NCBI GenBank assembly: GCA_951406725.2
Contig: OX597814.1
Coordinates: forward strand, 206,894,001 to 206,958,000
DNA length: 64,000 nucleotides
Source: Octopus vulgaris
Taxonomy: Eukaryota
Direction of reading: 5' to 3'
The notes under the pieces are model-generated. The model was not told the DNA's origin, ran no database searches, and was given only the letters and a program-made list of their open reading frames with translations. This document shows positions 1 through 11,794 of the stretch, piece after piece. Position 1 is the stretch's first letter, and each line of letters begins with the position of its first letter. The position numbers and the translations under genes are program-made.

Positions 1-337
1 AGGAATTGACTTAGTTGGTGAGGAGGGGATGGATGTTCCATCTCCATGGATATATGTGGATGTTTCCACAAGTAGTTCTTTACATATTCGTCTCTATTTA
101 TGACTCTCTGGAAAGCCCCCCAACCCGACCCACCTCAGGATATTTTGTTTTGATGGTATTATACGTAGGTCGTGATGTCTGTATGACTTCAATATGTGTC
201 TCTGGCTTGTTTCTCGGTGACATCAGGTCGGTGTATGTGTGTGTGAGCTTTGTATGGTTATATATGTGTGATGCATTAGCATTTTTTTTTATTGTTGGTG
301 TTTGTTGCTTTGTGGGGTAGTTCACATCTCTCATTTC

Positions 338-853
338 TTACAAACAGAAAGCTTTGGGATGGTTTGTATCCTTGCACAGCTGACATCTTGGTTTTCTACC
401 CTCAATAGCCACATAAAGCTTTGTGCCATCCTGTAGACTAAAACACTTTGCTCGTCTGCCTGTATTAGAAGCTGCATCCCCTGTTCTGTTTATGTCCGGT
501 AGGATGTTGAAAGTTCTTCGACCAAGATAGATGGGAATAATGATTAGTTTCTCAGTTTTTAGAGTAGCTGTCAAGTGATTTTTGGTCTCCTCCTCTGAGA
601 CGAACCTCACTTCGACAGTCCCATATTTCTTTACCCTGGCTACGTAAGCTTTGCTTTTCCAAACTGCTTCTAGGTATTTCTCTATTTGCTGCTGTGTTGC
701 CTGCTCTATTTTCCTACTTTTGGCTCCAGTTGTTTCATATAAAACTGCCTGCACATTAATTTCCTGCTGGATAGTTCTAGGAATGTTTACAGTCACATTT
801 CTGCCAGAAATGCCAAAAACAATAATTTCAGCAAAAAACTTGCACACAGTCAT
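338..853 (-). mobile_element. Degenerate LINE ORF1-like (gag-like) fragment with CCHC knuckle
   Basis: ORF ends in CQLCKDTNHPKAFC (Cx2Cx4Hx4C). Related relics lie at ~42540-42930 and ~53480-54030. Confidence 0.6.
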
Positions 854-887
854 AGTAGTTCAGTATAGCTCTGGAATCCTGAAGTAA

Positions 888-1335
888 ACAAAAGAGAACC
901 TAAAGGAGATGGACAGGAAGTCAAGAAAGCTCTTAACGATGCATGGAGCCCATCATCCACAAACAGACACTGATTGCCTATACAGGAAGAGAGGGAAATG
1001 GAGGAAGAGGACTAATAAGTGTGGAAGACTGCATACGTACCAAACTCCAGAGCTTAATGAGATACGTAACCCAAAGTAAGGAAACCTTGCTAGTCACAGT
1101 TAGGAACGAGGGAGTATTGGGAGTAGGGAAAAAAGGGAAAACAAAGGAAGAAGTACAAAAAGGACATGAAGAAGAATTACGCAAGAAGGGACTACACAAT
1201 CAAATCCATAGAGACACAACAGAAGTTGCTGGAAAAAATAGGTGGGATTGGCTAATGAAAGAACCCTAAAAAAAGGGACTGAGAAAACTATACTGGTGAT
1301 GCAAGACCAAGTTTTAGCCACAAATTTTAGGGTTA
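888..1335 (+). mobile_element. R4/Dong-like non-LTR retrotransposon fragment (post-RT region)
   Basis: Frameshifted DRKSRKLLTMHGAHHP..D, GGRGLISVEDC, LH.Q, WDWL, QDQ.LAT motifs. Homologous to the 6311-7234 ORF region. Confidence 0.75.
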
Positions 1336-1581
1336 ATTTTGCATGTTCAAATTGTGCTTCTCTCTATTGTACAGAACTCTCTAGAGATAAGAGTTGAAGA
1401 AAACCAAGCTAACCTACGAATATTACTGAACAATTCTAAGACATCAATAAAGGATCCCATATTTCATTTTATTTTTTAATTTTATTCCATATTTTATTTC
1501 ATCATAGAATTATTGGGGGTGGAGAGGGTAAATTCCAAAAATATCAACATCAAACAACAAACAACAAAAACATCAACCAAC

Positions 1582-1809
1582 CTTTGCTATTTTTTTGTCT
1601 TCTTGAGGTAAAACAACAAAGTAAACATCTTTGATCTGGCTTGAATTTTGATCTGAGTAGTTTTTCACTGCTTCATACATTGTTCTGGGTAGTTTTTCAA
1701 TGGGGTACTTCATTTTAGCCCCTAAAATAGGAAATGCCAGGCTTTTTGCTCCCATTCTCTCAGCATTTTCCAGACAAGTGGTTATTATTTGAGTCAAGTT
1801 TGCCAGAAT
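1582..1809 (-). CDS. PARP14: PARP14-like exon, Macro2 C-terminus; gene continues beyond the window
   Basis: ttattAG acceptor, GTtggt donor, 228 nt, phase 0-0. ILANLTQIITTCLENAERMGAKSLAFPILGAKMKYP...IKDVYFVVLPQEDKKIAK. Confidence 0.9.
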
Positions 1810-2420
1810 CTAATAAAAAATAATTGTTTAGTAATTGATAATGAACATTTTATTAAGTTATTTTCTTATTACAGGAAGAAACCATTAAGTTGTAATAAAT
1901 ATATCCTCCTCTCACAACTCCTCTCACTCCTACCACTTCTAAACACAACTGTCATTCCTATCACTCTTTAGTCCTGCAAGGGATAAGGCAACCTCACTCA
2001 TGATGCTGCTACAATAAAACAGACCCAATCCACCGTGTAAAATGGTTGGTGAATGAAGAGAGACAATGCAGACCCAAGAGGAGTCTTTAGTGTTGTTGAG
2101 GACATGACAACCTCTCTAGTGCTCGTGCCATGACAGAGAAAAACTCACCAATACAGACAGTAAAACACAGAAATATGTTTTAATATAGTCTTATTTATCA
2201 GTCACATAACTGTTGTTAGGCCATGAGGCTTTTTCCCTTCTATTTATATATAAAAGTGTCCTGTTCATCGATATCTTCTGCTTCCTTCCAATGATAACTT
2301 GGAGGAACAAATATTAAACAGGATGCTGACATTTGCTTTATGATTCTCACACAACATGCATAAGGTTCTCTTCAAACATTAACTGTTTCAATAAATCAAT
2401 ATCATATGATTGATACTTAC

Positions 2421-2648
2421 TGAATCAGAGGAATATTCATCCCAGGGAGGTAATGCCAGATGAAATACATTCTTACATTTGAGGTTATATCCTTTAGTGA
2501 TGGCTATTTCAGATGTAGAAATACCTTGAGGATATTTCTGGCTACATTCATCTTGTATCTGTGGACCAGCAGCAAAGAGAATATATTTGGAGATAGCACC
2601 ACTGTCAAGCTCAAGGTTTTTATTGGTGCTGTTAACGATGACATCAAC
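2421..2648 (-). CDS. PARP14: PARP14-like exon, Macro2
   Basis: tttgtAG acceptor, GTaagt donor, 228 nt, phase 0-0. VDVIVNSTNKNLELDSGAISKYILFAAGPQIQDEC...ITKGYNLKCKNVFHLALPPW. Confidence 0.93.
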
Positions 2649-2929
2649 CTACAAAAGTAATTAATGGTAAACAACTAAGGAACATTCCATGGAGAAAAGG
2701 GAGATACATTGTTGCAGTTGATATTGTTGTTAAGAAAGGCTCTACAGAATGGCTGTAGTAAGTTTGAGGTTGTTAAAGTTAGCAAAAGATATACTCAGGA
2801 TATCAGATGTGAAGGAAATAAAATGTTTGATTTTGATTGAGAAAATGTTTTAATTAACTGTAATGATTCCTCATTTGGAAATGAAATAACAATTAAAGGT
2901 AAATATGTTAAGTGAATCTATTTACTCAC

Positions 2930-3066
2930 AGATGCATTAGAAATTGAATCAATCAATAGTTGTATTTTGATGCCAGCATTTTCTCCGGATGCCACATTAG
3001 TTCTGGGTGTCATAGGGGCTGCTTTCTGTTGTGGACCAAGAAGGGATGTGTAGAATGATGTGGTTT
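2930..3066 (-). CDS. PARP14: PARP14-like exon, linker and first strand of Macro2
   Basis: ttttcAG acceptor, GTgagt donor, 137 nt, phase 1-0. (E)TTSFYTSLLGPQQKAAPMTPRTNVASGENAGIKIQLLIDSISNAS. Confidence 0.85.
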
Positions 3067-3329
3067 CTGAAAATAAACAAGTAAACATTTTTCTCTCTCT
3101 CTTAAAAGAACTACTTTATTCCATATAAATAGTAATGATATTCCTTTCTGAAAATATGATTTAGCAAGAGAATACGTACTAACTTGTAGTCACCCCCCCA
3201 CACCTTTTATATAGCGACAAGGCTATATAAGATTATTTCCATCTATTTCTTCTACCACATGGACTAAAAATACATTGAAGAACATACTTGAAACTTATGT
3301 GTGCCTTTTCTTCATTGGACACTAAACAG

Positions 3330-5240
3330 TTGAGGCAAGTGAAATTGAAGTCAAAATCAAACTCGGTGACTGGCATCCGTTGCTAGTAGAGCACTAAGAG
3401 TACCAAACAAGTGAGATTGTTGCCAGAGCAACAAGCTGGCATTCATGCCGATGGCATGTTAAAGACACCTTTCGAGCGTGATCGTTACCGTGTCGCCTTA
3501 CTAGCACTTGTGCTGGTGGCACATGAAACATTCGAGTGAGGTCGTCGCCAGTGCCGCTGGACTGGCTCCTGTGCACGTGGCACATGAAATGCACCATTTG
3601 GGCGTGGCCATTGCCAGTACCACCTAATGGCATTACACATCCATCGGATCATACTGGCTTCATTCCTTGTGAGCTTAAGCATATCCTCAGCAGTCAGGGC
3701 CCATGTTTTACTGCCATGTAGCATGGCTGTTCATACGCATGCGTCATACAGTCTGCCTTTTACTCTGGGGGAGAGGCCCTTTGTCACCAGCAGAGCTCTC
3801 TGAACTTTGCCCAAGCTATTCTTATTCTAACAGCTACACTTTCAGCGCACCCTTCCCAGCTACTGACTTGGTCACCTAGGTAATGGAAGCTATCAACTAC
3901 TTCTAGTTTTTCTCCATGGAATGTGGCGGAAGTTGTTCTCTGCACATTTTCAGAGTTATTTATAGCTCCCGAGCATCTGCCACATACAAAAAGGATCCGG
4001 ATCTTTTCCTTTTGAACGGCACTCAGTAACATAATTTCTAGGTAACTAAACACTTTTAAACTTCGTATACTGGTAGAATGTGTTTATAAAACATAATTTC
4101 TTCTTGGCTTTATTGAGAAAATTCTATGTTATAACATATTTCATCTTTAATTTTGAGCATTTCGGCAATTTTAACCAATCGCTGACCTCCATTTAGGTAA
4201 ATAACATTCTGTGCATAATGAATATGTCCCTCCTTTAAGAAACAGATTGGGTTTATTTACATTTGTGAAGAAAAAGATACCCTTCCCCAACCCCTAACTC
4301 TAACTAACCCTAACTCTAACCCTAAATCTAAAATAGATTGAAATGCAATGGATCAATACTAGGGCCATAATAATGGGTGACATTTTCATTTGACACCGCT
4401 AGAAAAAAATTCCATTTTCCATAGCGGTGTCGTATGAAATTGTCACCCATATTTATAACCCTAGTATCGATCTATTGCTTTCAATCTAATTTAGATTTAG
4501 GGTTAGAGTTAGGGTTAGGGTTAGGGGTGGGGGAAGGGCATCTTTTTTCTTCACAAATGTAAATAAACCCAATCTGTTTCTTAAAGGAGGGACATATTCA
4601 TTATGCACAGAATGTTATTTACCTAAATGGAGGTCAGCGATTGATTAAAATTGCCGAAATGCTCGAAATTAAAGATGAAATATGTTACAACATATAGAAT
4701 TTTCTCAATAAAGCCAAGAAGAAATGATGTTTTATAAACACATTCTACCAGTATACGAAGTTTAAAAGTGTTTAGTTAACTAGAAATTGTGTTGAAAAGT
4801 GTCATTCAAAAGGAAAAGATCCAACTATCCTCCCAGTTAGCCTTCCTTTGATATTGCTGCACCTCTTAAGTGTCCATAGCTTACACTGGGTACATATTAT
4901 GGAGTTTCTACCTACGCCTTTTCTACAGATCGAGCAGGGCCATCTCTCTGAAGGTATTTGTGGTTTGCCTGCCTTCCTACTTATTAGGACTTTGGTTTTA
5001 GCTAGGTTGACTTTAAGGCCTTTTGATTCTAATCCTTGTTTCCACACCTGAAACTTTTCCTCCAGTTCTGTTAGTGACACAGCAATTAGAGCAAGATCAT
5101 CAGCATAGAGGAGCTCCCAGGGGCATCCACTCTTGAATTCCTCTGTTATTGCCTGGAGGACTATGATAAATAGGAGGGGGCTGATGACTGAACCTTGGTG
5201 GACCCCTACCTCTACCCGGAATTCTTCACTGTACTCATTT
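3330..5240 (-). mobile_element. RTE-clade LINE 3' fragment (RT, PHD-like finger, 3' UTR) split by a foldback element
   Basis: VGVHQGSVISPLLF, LLYADDLAL, GLKVNLAKTK, YLGDQV, MLHGSKTWAL, EASMIRWMC in ORFs 4802-5266, 3784-4053 and 3485-3724. Confidence 0.9.
3999..4822. mobile_element. Foldback/MITE-like palindrome (~400 bp arms) containing telomeric repeats
   Basis: Termini GGATCTTTTCCTTTTGAA...TTCAAAAGGAAAAGATCC. Arms are complementary up to a ~20 nt centre near 4402-4421. CCCTAA-like run at ~4290-4326, TTAGGG-like run at ~4497-4527. Confidence 0.9.
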
Positions 5241-5758
5241 TCACATCCATTGTTCCCTGCTTGCATGGGTCAGATTAGTTTATTGAGGCAGACTTTCTAT
5301 AGCTGGATGCTCTTCCTGATGCTGACCCTCACCTGTTTCCAAGCAAAGTAATATTTCCCCCTGGCCAGACATGGTTTCCACAGAAGACAGGAAACAAACA
5401 ACCTCACTTGTATGCTGGGGATGCTCGTTTACAGCCATCACATGATGTCAAGACAAACACACACACACACACAGTACACATATGAGGAGCCCTTGTATCA
5501 GTTTCCATCTCCCAAACCAGTTGACAAGGCTTTGGTCGGCTCAGGGCCATACTAGAAGATATTTGCTTGAGTTGCCTTACATTGGGAATCAACATGGTTA
5601 GAAATGAATCTTTTTAACCACAAATCCATGGCTGTGCACATAAACCAATAATAGGAATCAGATAAAAGTTGACTGAAGGAGGAGGAAAAATCTTAATTAA
5701 CACCTGAAATAAATCATTTAAATTTTCACTAAAATATCAAACAAATAACAAGTCCTAC

Positions 5759-5938
5759 CTCTGCTTTTACTGATTCCAAACACCGTTTCTAGATGAAGCT
5801 TAAAAGCTCTGATTACTTCCTTCTGTTCATCAATCAAACAAATATGTTTTATTTTAGAATTTGAGTGAGTATCAAGATATTCCTTTATAGTTGTTACTAT
5901 ACATTCGGTTCCCTTTTCTTTGGGTATACCATAAACAC
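5759..5938 (-). CDS. PARP14: PARP14-like exon, Macro1 C-terminus
   Basis: ttacAG acceptor, GTagg donor, 180 nt, phase 1-1. (G)VYGIPKEKGTECIVTTIKEYLDTHSNSKIKHICLID... Completes the PAISTGVYG motif across a 16.4 kb intron. Confidence 0.93.
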
Positions 5939-6249
5939 CTGTAATAAATAAAGTATACAACACATTTAATCCAACAAATGTTCTTACTCAAAATATATAT
6001 AATTAACCTGTGATATAATTTCAGTAATTTATCAGCTGCAATGCCAAGAAACAATACAATTCCATCATTCAGAAGAAGATTTTTTAATAGACAGAGGGGA
6101 ACTTTCTAGGTGCAATACCATGGCCATTGATGACTGAGGGGGAGGGTCTTTAGTCCCTATTAATATACAATGGTATTTAATAAGAACTAAGTTTGTCTCC
6201 CTCTCTCTCGTGTTGAACACATTTTCTTTTCTTTGTTCTTCATTCAGTT

Positions 6250-6250
6250 A

Positions 6251-6310
<60 letters not shown>
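6250..6310 (+). repeat. (AAT)n microsatellite, probable target site of the Dong-like element
   Basis: About 20 AAT units directly before the RLE-LINE copy. Confidence 0.95.
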
Positions 6311-6312
<2 letters not shown>

Positions 6313-7328
6313 GGAAGTATTTAAGGAAGCTGACAAATACAAACAAGAAATCATACCACCTAATAAACACGAAGAAGAAGAAGAAGATGATGAAGAAACA
6401 ACAAAAGCTATAAAACAAATGAAATCCAAACTAAAAATAGAACAGCAACGAACCATGATAAAACGATGGCAAGAAAAGCCCCTTCATGGTAAATACTGCA
6501 CTAAACTAAACGCAAAAGAAATAGACAAAGAAAAATCCCAGCAATGGTTGAGAAGCTCAGGACTCAAAGCAGAAACAGAGGGATTTTTAATTGCAGCACA
6601 AGACCAAAGCCTCCCCACCAGAAATTACCAAAAACATGTAATGAAAAGAAATATTACAAGTAACTGCAGAATATGTGGAGATGGACAAGAAACAATAAAT
6701 CATATTATCTCTAGCTGCCCAGTCCTAGCTAAGAAGGAATATATTCACAGACATGACAGAGTTGGAACCTACATACACTGGAAGCTATGCCAACATTATG
6801 GAATAACAACAGAAAAAAGATGGTATAGGCACACACCAGAAAAGGTCACAGAAAACGAGAAAGCAACCATACTCTGGGATATGCCGATACACACAGATAG
6901 AGAAATTAAGGCCAACAGACCAGATATAGTTGTCAGAGATCATGAAGAAAAAAATTGCTTTCTAATTGATGTATCAATACCGGCAGATGACAACGTGTCT
7001 CTAAAAGAAATGGAGAAACTCTCAAAATACAAAGACCTGGAAATAGAGGTAACTAGAATGTGGAATCTGAAAACGGAAACAATTCCTATCATAGTAGGTG
7101 CATTAGGCATGATAAAAAAATATTCAGACAAATACATAACAAAAACATCAGGACTTACAAACATATATAACATACAGAAAATTGCACTACTAGGCACTGC
7201 ACACATCCTACGCAGAGCACTTTCCATGCAATAACCATCAGAGCATCACAACAAATCACAGCACATACCCAAGGCACACAGAGCTGCGCTCGGTAGTGAA
7301 GTGAAAGCACGCTATAAAAATAAAACTA

Positions 7329-7331
<3 letters not shown>
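6311..7331 (+). mobile_element. R4/Dong-like LINE, 5'-truncated copy 1 with open C-terminal ORF (CCHC finger and restriction-like endonuclease)
   Basis: CRICGDGQETINHIISSC, RHD, NRPDIVV, LIDVSIP, EKLSKYKDL, IPIIVGALG. Stop at 7234, ~100 nt 3' UTR, (AAT)n tail. Confidence 0.92.
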
Positions 7332-7363
<32 letters not shown>

Positions 7364-7368
<5 letters not shown>

Positions 7369-8458
7369 AAAGCAGAGACGATGGGATTTTTAATTGCAGC
7401 ACAAGATCAAAGCCTCCCCACCAGGAATTACCAAAAACATGTAATGAAAAGAAACATAACAAGTAACTGCAGAATATGTGGAGATGGACAAGAAACAATA
7501 AATCATATTATCTCTGGCTGCCCAGTCCTGGCTAAGAAGGAATATATTCACAGACATGACAGAGTTGGAACCTACATACACTGGAAGCTATGCCAACATT
7601 ATGGAATCATCATCATCATCATCATCATCCGCTTTCCATGCTAGATGGGTTGAGGGTTCAACTGGGGTCTGTGAAGCCAGAAGGCTGCATCGGCCCAGTC
7701 TGATCTGGCAGTTTCTACAGCTGGATGCCCTTCCTAACGCCAACCACTCTGTGAGTGTAGTGGGTGCTTTTATGTGCCACCCGCACAGGTGCCAGACGGA
7801 GCTGGCAAACGGACGGATGGTGCTTTACTGCAACCGGCACGGGGCCAGGTGAGGCTGGCAACGGCCACGATCGGATGGTGCTTTACGTGCCCGGCACGGG
7901 GGCCAGGGAGGCTGGCAACGGCCACGAACGGATGGTGCTTTTTACGTGCCAACAACAGAAAAAAGATGGTTAGGCATACACCAGAAAAGGTCACAGAAAA
8001 GAGAAAGCAACCATACTCTGGGATATGCCAATACACAGATAGAGAAATTAGGCCAAAGAGATATAGTTGTCAGAGAAGAAAAAAATGCTTTCTAATTGAT
8101 GTATCAATACCGGCAGATGACAACGTGTCTCTAAAAGAAATGGAGAAACTTTCAAAATACAAAGACCTGGAAATAGAGGTAACTAGAATGTGGAATCTGA
8201 AAACGGAAACAATTCCTATCATAGTAGGTGCATTAGGCATGATAAAAAAATATTCAGACAAATACATAACAAAAACATCAGGACTTACAAACATATATAA
8301 CATACAGAAAATTGCACTACTAGGCACTGCACACATCCTACGCAGAGCACTTTCCATGCAATAACCATCAGAGCATCACAACAAATCACAGCACATACCC
8401 AAGGCACACAGAGCTGCGCTCGGTAGTGAAGTGAAAGCACGCTATAAAAATAAAACTA

Positions 8459-8461
<3 letters not shown>
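7364..8461 (+). mobile_element. R4/Dong-like copy 2, with a reverse-oriented RTE-tail insertion at 7608-7950
   Basis: Same motifs as copy 1, interrupted between GGAAT and AACAACAG. (AAT)n on both sides. Confidence 0.9.
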
Positions 8462-8493
<32 letters not shown>

Positions 8494-8498
<5 letters not shown>

Positions 8499-9609
8499 AA
8501 AGCAGAGACGATGGGATTTTTAATTGCAGCACAAGATCAAAGCCTCCCCACCAGGAATTACCAAAAACATGTAATGAAAAGAAACATAACAAGTAACTGC
8601 AGAATATGTGGAGATGGACAAGAAACAATAAATCATATTATCTCTAGCTGCCCAGTCCTGGCTAAGAAGGAATATATTCACAGACATGACAGAGTTGGAA
8701 CCTACATACACTGGAAGCTATGCCAACATTATGGAATCATCATCATCATCATCATCATCCGCTTTCCATGCTAGATGGGTTGGAGGGTTCAACTGGGGTC
8801 TGTGAAGCCAGAAGGCTGCATCGGCCCAGTCTGATCTGGCAATGTTTCTACAGCTGGATGCCCTTCCTAACGCCAACCACTCTGTGAGTGTAGTGGGTGC
8901 TTTTTATGTGCCACCCGCACAGGTGCCAGACGGAGCTGGCAAACGGCCACGGACGGATGGTGCTTTTTACATGCCACCGGCACGGGGGCCAGGTGAGGCT
9001 GGCAACGGCCACGATCGGATGGTGCTTTTTACGTGCCACCGGCACAGGGGCCAGGTGAGGCTGGCAACGGCCACGAACGGATGGTGCTTTTTACGTGCCA
9101 ACAACAGAAAAAAGATGGTATAGGCATACACCAGAAAAGGTCACAGAAAACGAGAAAGCAACCATACTCTGGGATATGCCAATGCACACAGATAGAGAAA
9201 TTAAGGCCAACAGACCAGATATAGTTGTCAGAGATCATGAAGAAAAAAAAATGTTTCCTAATTGATGACAACGTGTCTCTAAAAGAAATGGAGAAACTTT
9301 CAAAATACAAAGACCTGGAAATAGAGGTAACCAGAATGTGGAATCTAAAAACAGAAACAATTCCTATCATAATAGGCGCATTAGGCATGATAAAAAAATA
9401 TTCAGACAAATACATAACAAAACCATCAGGACTTACAAACATATATAACATACAGAAAATTACACTACTAGGCACTGCACACATCCTACGCAGAACACTT
9501 TCCATACAATAACCATCAGAGCATCATAACAAACCACAGCACATACCCAAGACACACAGAGCTGCGCTCAGTAGTGAAGTGAAAGCACGCTATAAAAATA
9601 AAACTACTG
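8494..9609 (+). mobile_element. R4/Dong-like copy 3, with the same insertion at 8738-9099
   Basis: Same 5' truncation point and insertion as copy 2, with a diverged 3' half. (AAT)n tail. Confidence 0.9.
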
Positions 9610-9931
9610 AATAATAATAATAATAATAATCGTTTTAATGTCTCCTTTTCCATGCTTCAGGTGGAATTGGTTGAGGCAAATTTTCTATGTCTAGGTGACA
9701 TTCCTATCACCCACCCCCACACTAAGGAAGCTAATATTGCCCCATGGCCAGACATGTTTTCCTTGTAGACTGGAAATGGGTGACACTGCTTGTATGATGG
9801 TGCTCCTTGTTTACAAATATCATGTGATTAAAAGACAAACAGATACTAACAGAGTCACACAAACACAAACACGCATGTATATGTACATACAAACATATAC
9901 ATATATATGTATGTATATATATATGTATGTG

Positions 9932-9976
<45 letters not shown>

Positions 9977-10215
9977 GTATGTGTGTATATGTATATATAT
10001 ATATATATATCATCATCATCATCATCGTTTAACATCCGCTTTACATGCTAGCATGGGGTAGATGATTTTGACTGAGGGCTGGTGAACCAGATGGCTGCAC
10101 CAGGCCTCAATCTTGATCTGGCAGAGTTTCTACAACTGGATGCCCTTCCTAACACCAACCACTGCGAGAGTATATATAGATACACATATATGGACACACA
10201 CACACGCACACACAC

Positions 10216-10271
<56 letters not shown>

Positions 10272-10491
10272 ACACGAATGTGTACCATTTTAAAAGCACT
10301 AGCACTGGTGCCACATGAAAAGCCCCGAATACACTTGGTGGAGTGGTTGGCATTAGGAAGAGCATAGAGCCATAGAAAGCAAACCAAAACAGATAATGGA
10401 GCCTGGTGCAGCCCCTGGCCTTACCAGTTTTCAGTCAAACTGTCCAACCCATGCCAGCATAGAAAATGGGTTTTAAATAATGATGATGATG

Positions 10492-10540
<49 letters not shown>

Positions 10541-10774
10541 GGGGGTGTGGGTGGTATTCATTTCCAGGGTGACTGTTTCAGAAAGAAATAAAACAATGTT
10601 TTTATTAGCACAGTAACTAGTTGTAAAACCTCAAGAAGCAATGGAAAGTAGCAGATATTCTGATGCTGCACCAATGACCAGCTGGTGGAAGATCTGCCTA
10701 GTGTTAAACTAGTAGTAACATGGAGCGGCCACTTTAATGTGGCAATGAACTTCAGTGTTTCTATTTTTGGAGAT

Positions 10775-11630
10775 ATATTCATCAAATTTGGTTCAGTTTG
10801 TCTTCATGACATGTTCTGTTGATTTCAAATGATGAACCTGCCTTTGATCTCAATGACTGCCTCCAGGCAACCTCAGATCTGGTCGCAGGACTTTGTCACT
10901 ATCTCCCAAGCTGTAGCATCTTGCTGCAACACATACAGCATCCCTGCAGCTACCTGGTTAATCCATGGCTTCCCTGCTTTGCTCAGAACACGGATGTAGC
11001 CGTCAGTGTTCAGCCTGAGGCTCTCAGGGAAGAAGTAGGGTGGCATGATATCACCTTCACTGCTGATAACACCAAAGTCCATGACTGCCACTGGAAATGT
11101 CTTCTGCATTCCTCTTGGATGAGACAGTGAGTCACCTGTTGTTCTGGGAGTTGGTCTTCAGGTCTTGGCAGAAATTCTCTTCTCATCAGAGAAGCACCAC
11201 AAAATGTCTCACTCCAGCAGCTGTTTCAACTTGTTGATCAACTTCTTGGTGTGTTTCAGTCACTTTCCCTGAATTGTCTTTGACAGAAATTGTCCCTTCT
11301 TCATCTCTTGTATGAAAAGTAGTGAATATTCTTCAGCAGCACCAGCCTGATGAGCTTTTCATTCACACCTTTCTACCATGTAACGGCACTGATTCAACTG
11401 CTGGGATCATTGTTGATGATCTCCTAAATTCCAGCATTCTGGAATTATGGGTTTTACTCACTGCTGTCACCTCATAGTTGAATCCTGTATCTTCCAGCAC
11501 CTTTCTGACATTCTCCACCATCCTTCTACTGACATTGAGGATGTCTGAAATCTTGTTTGTCTTTCTATCATGGATTCCAAGCAGAACTCCTTGCCTCTTC
11601 CACAAATGGGGGTGGTTCAAAATTTTCCAT
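10775..11630 (-). mobile_element. Tc1/mariner transposase relic (maT/DD37D-like)
   Basis: HTH-like ISDILNVSRRMVENVRK, then WCFSDEK.F and FPVAVMDFGVISSEGDIMPPYFFPESLRLNTDGY..VL...KPWI...YVLQQD. Contains stops and frameshifts. Confidence 0.8.
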
Positions 11631-11794
11631 AGTCAATTATTTGGCAAAAAATAAATTAAAAAATTGTTACTGTATTTTTAAAAGAAAACGACTGACAATG
11701 AAGGCCAAACAACATATATGTGAAATTAAGAAGTTGAAAATTGCAACACACCCCTTGCACCCCCACAATTTACTTCCTCCCCAAAATCCACAAA

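Noticed and set aside
4290-4530. True telomere or chromosome fusion site
   Set aside because: Only a few degenerate units inside a MITE. The CCCTAA...TTAGGG polarity is opposite to a head-to-head fusion signature.
6233-6310. Poly-Asn N-terminus of the 333-aa ORF
   Set aside because: It is translation through the (AAT)n target microsatellite from a non-ATG start. The element is 5'-truncated.
9695-10387. YI/CV/HT-repeat ORFs (also 24003-25045 and 49380-49824)
   Set aside because: Translations of (TA)n, (CA)n and (TACA)n microsatellites.
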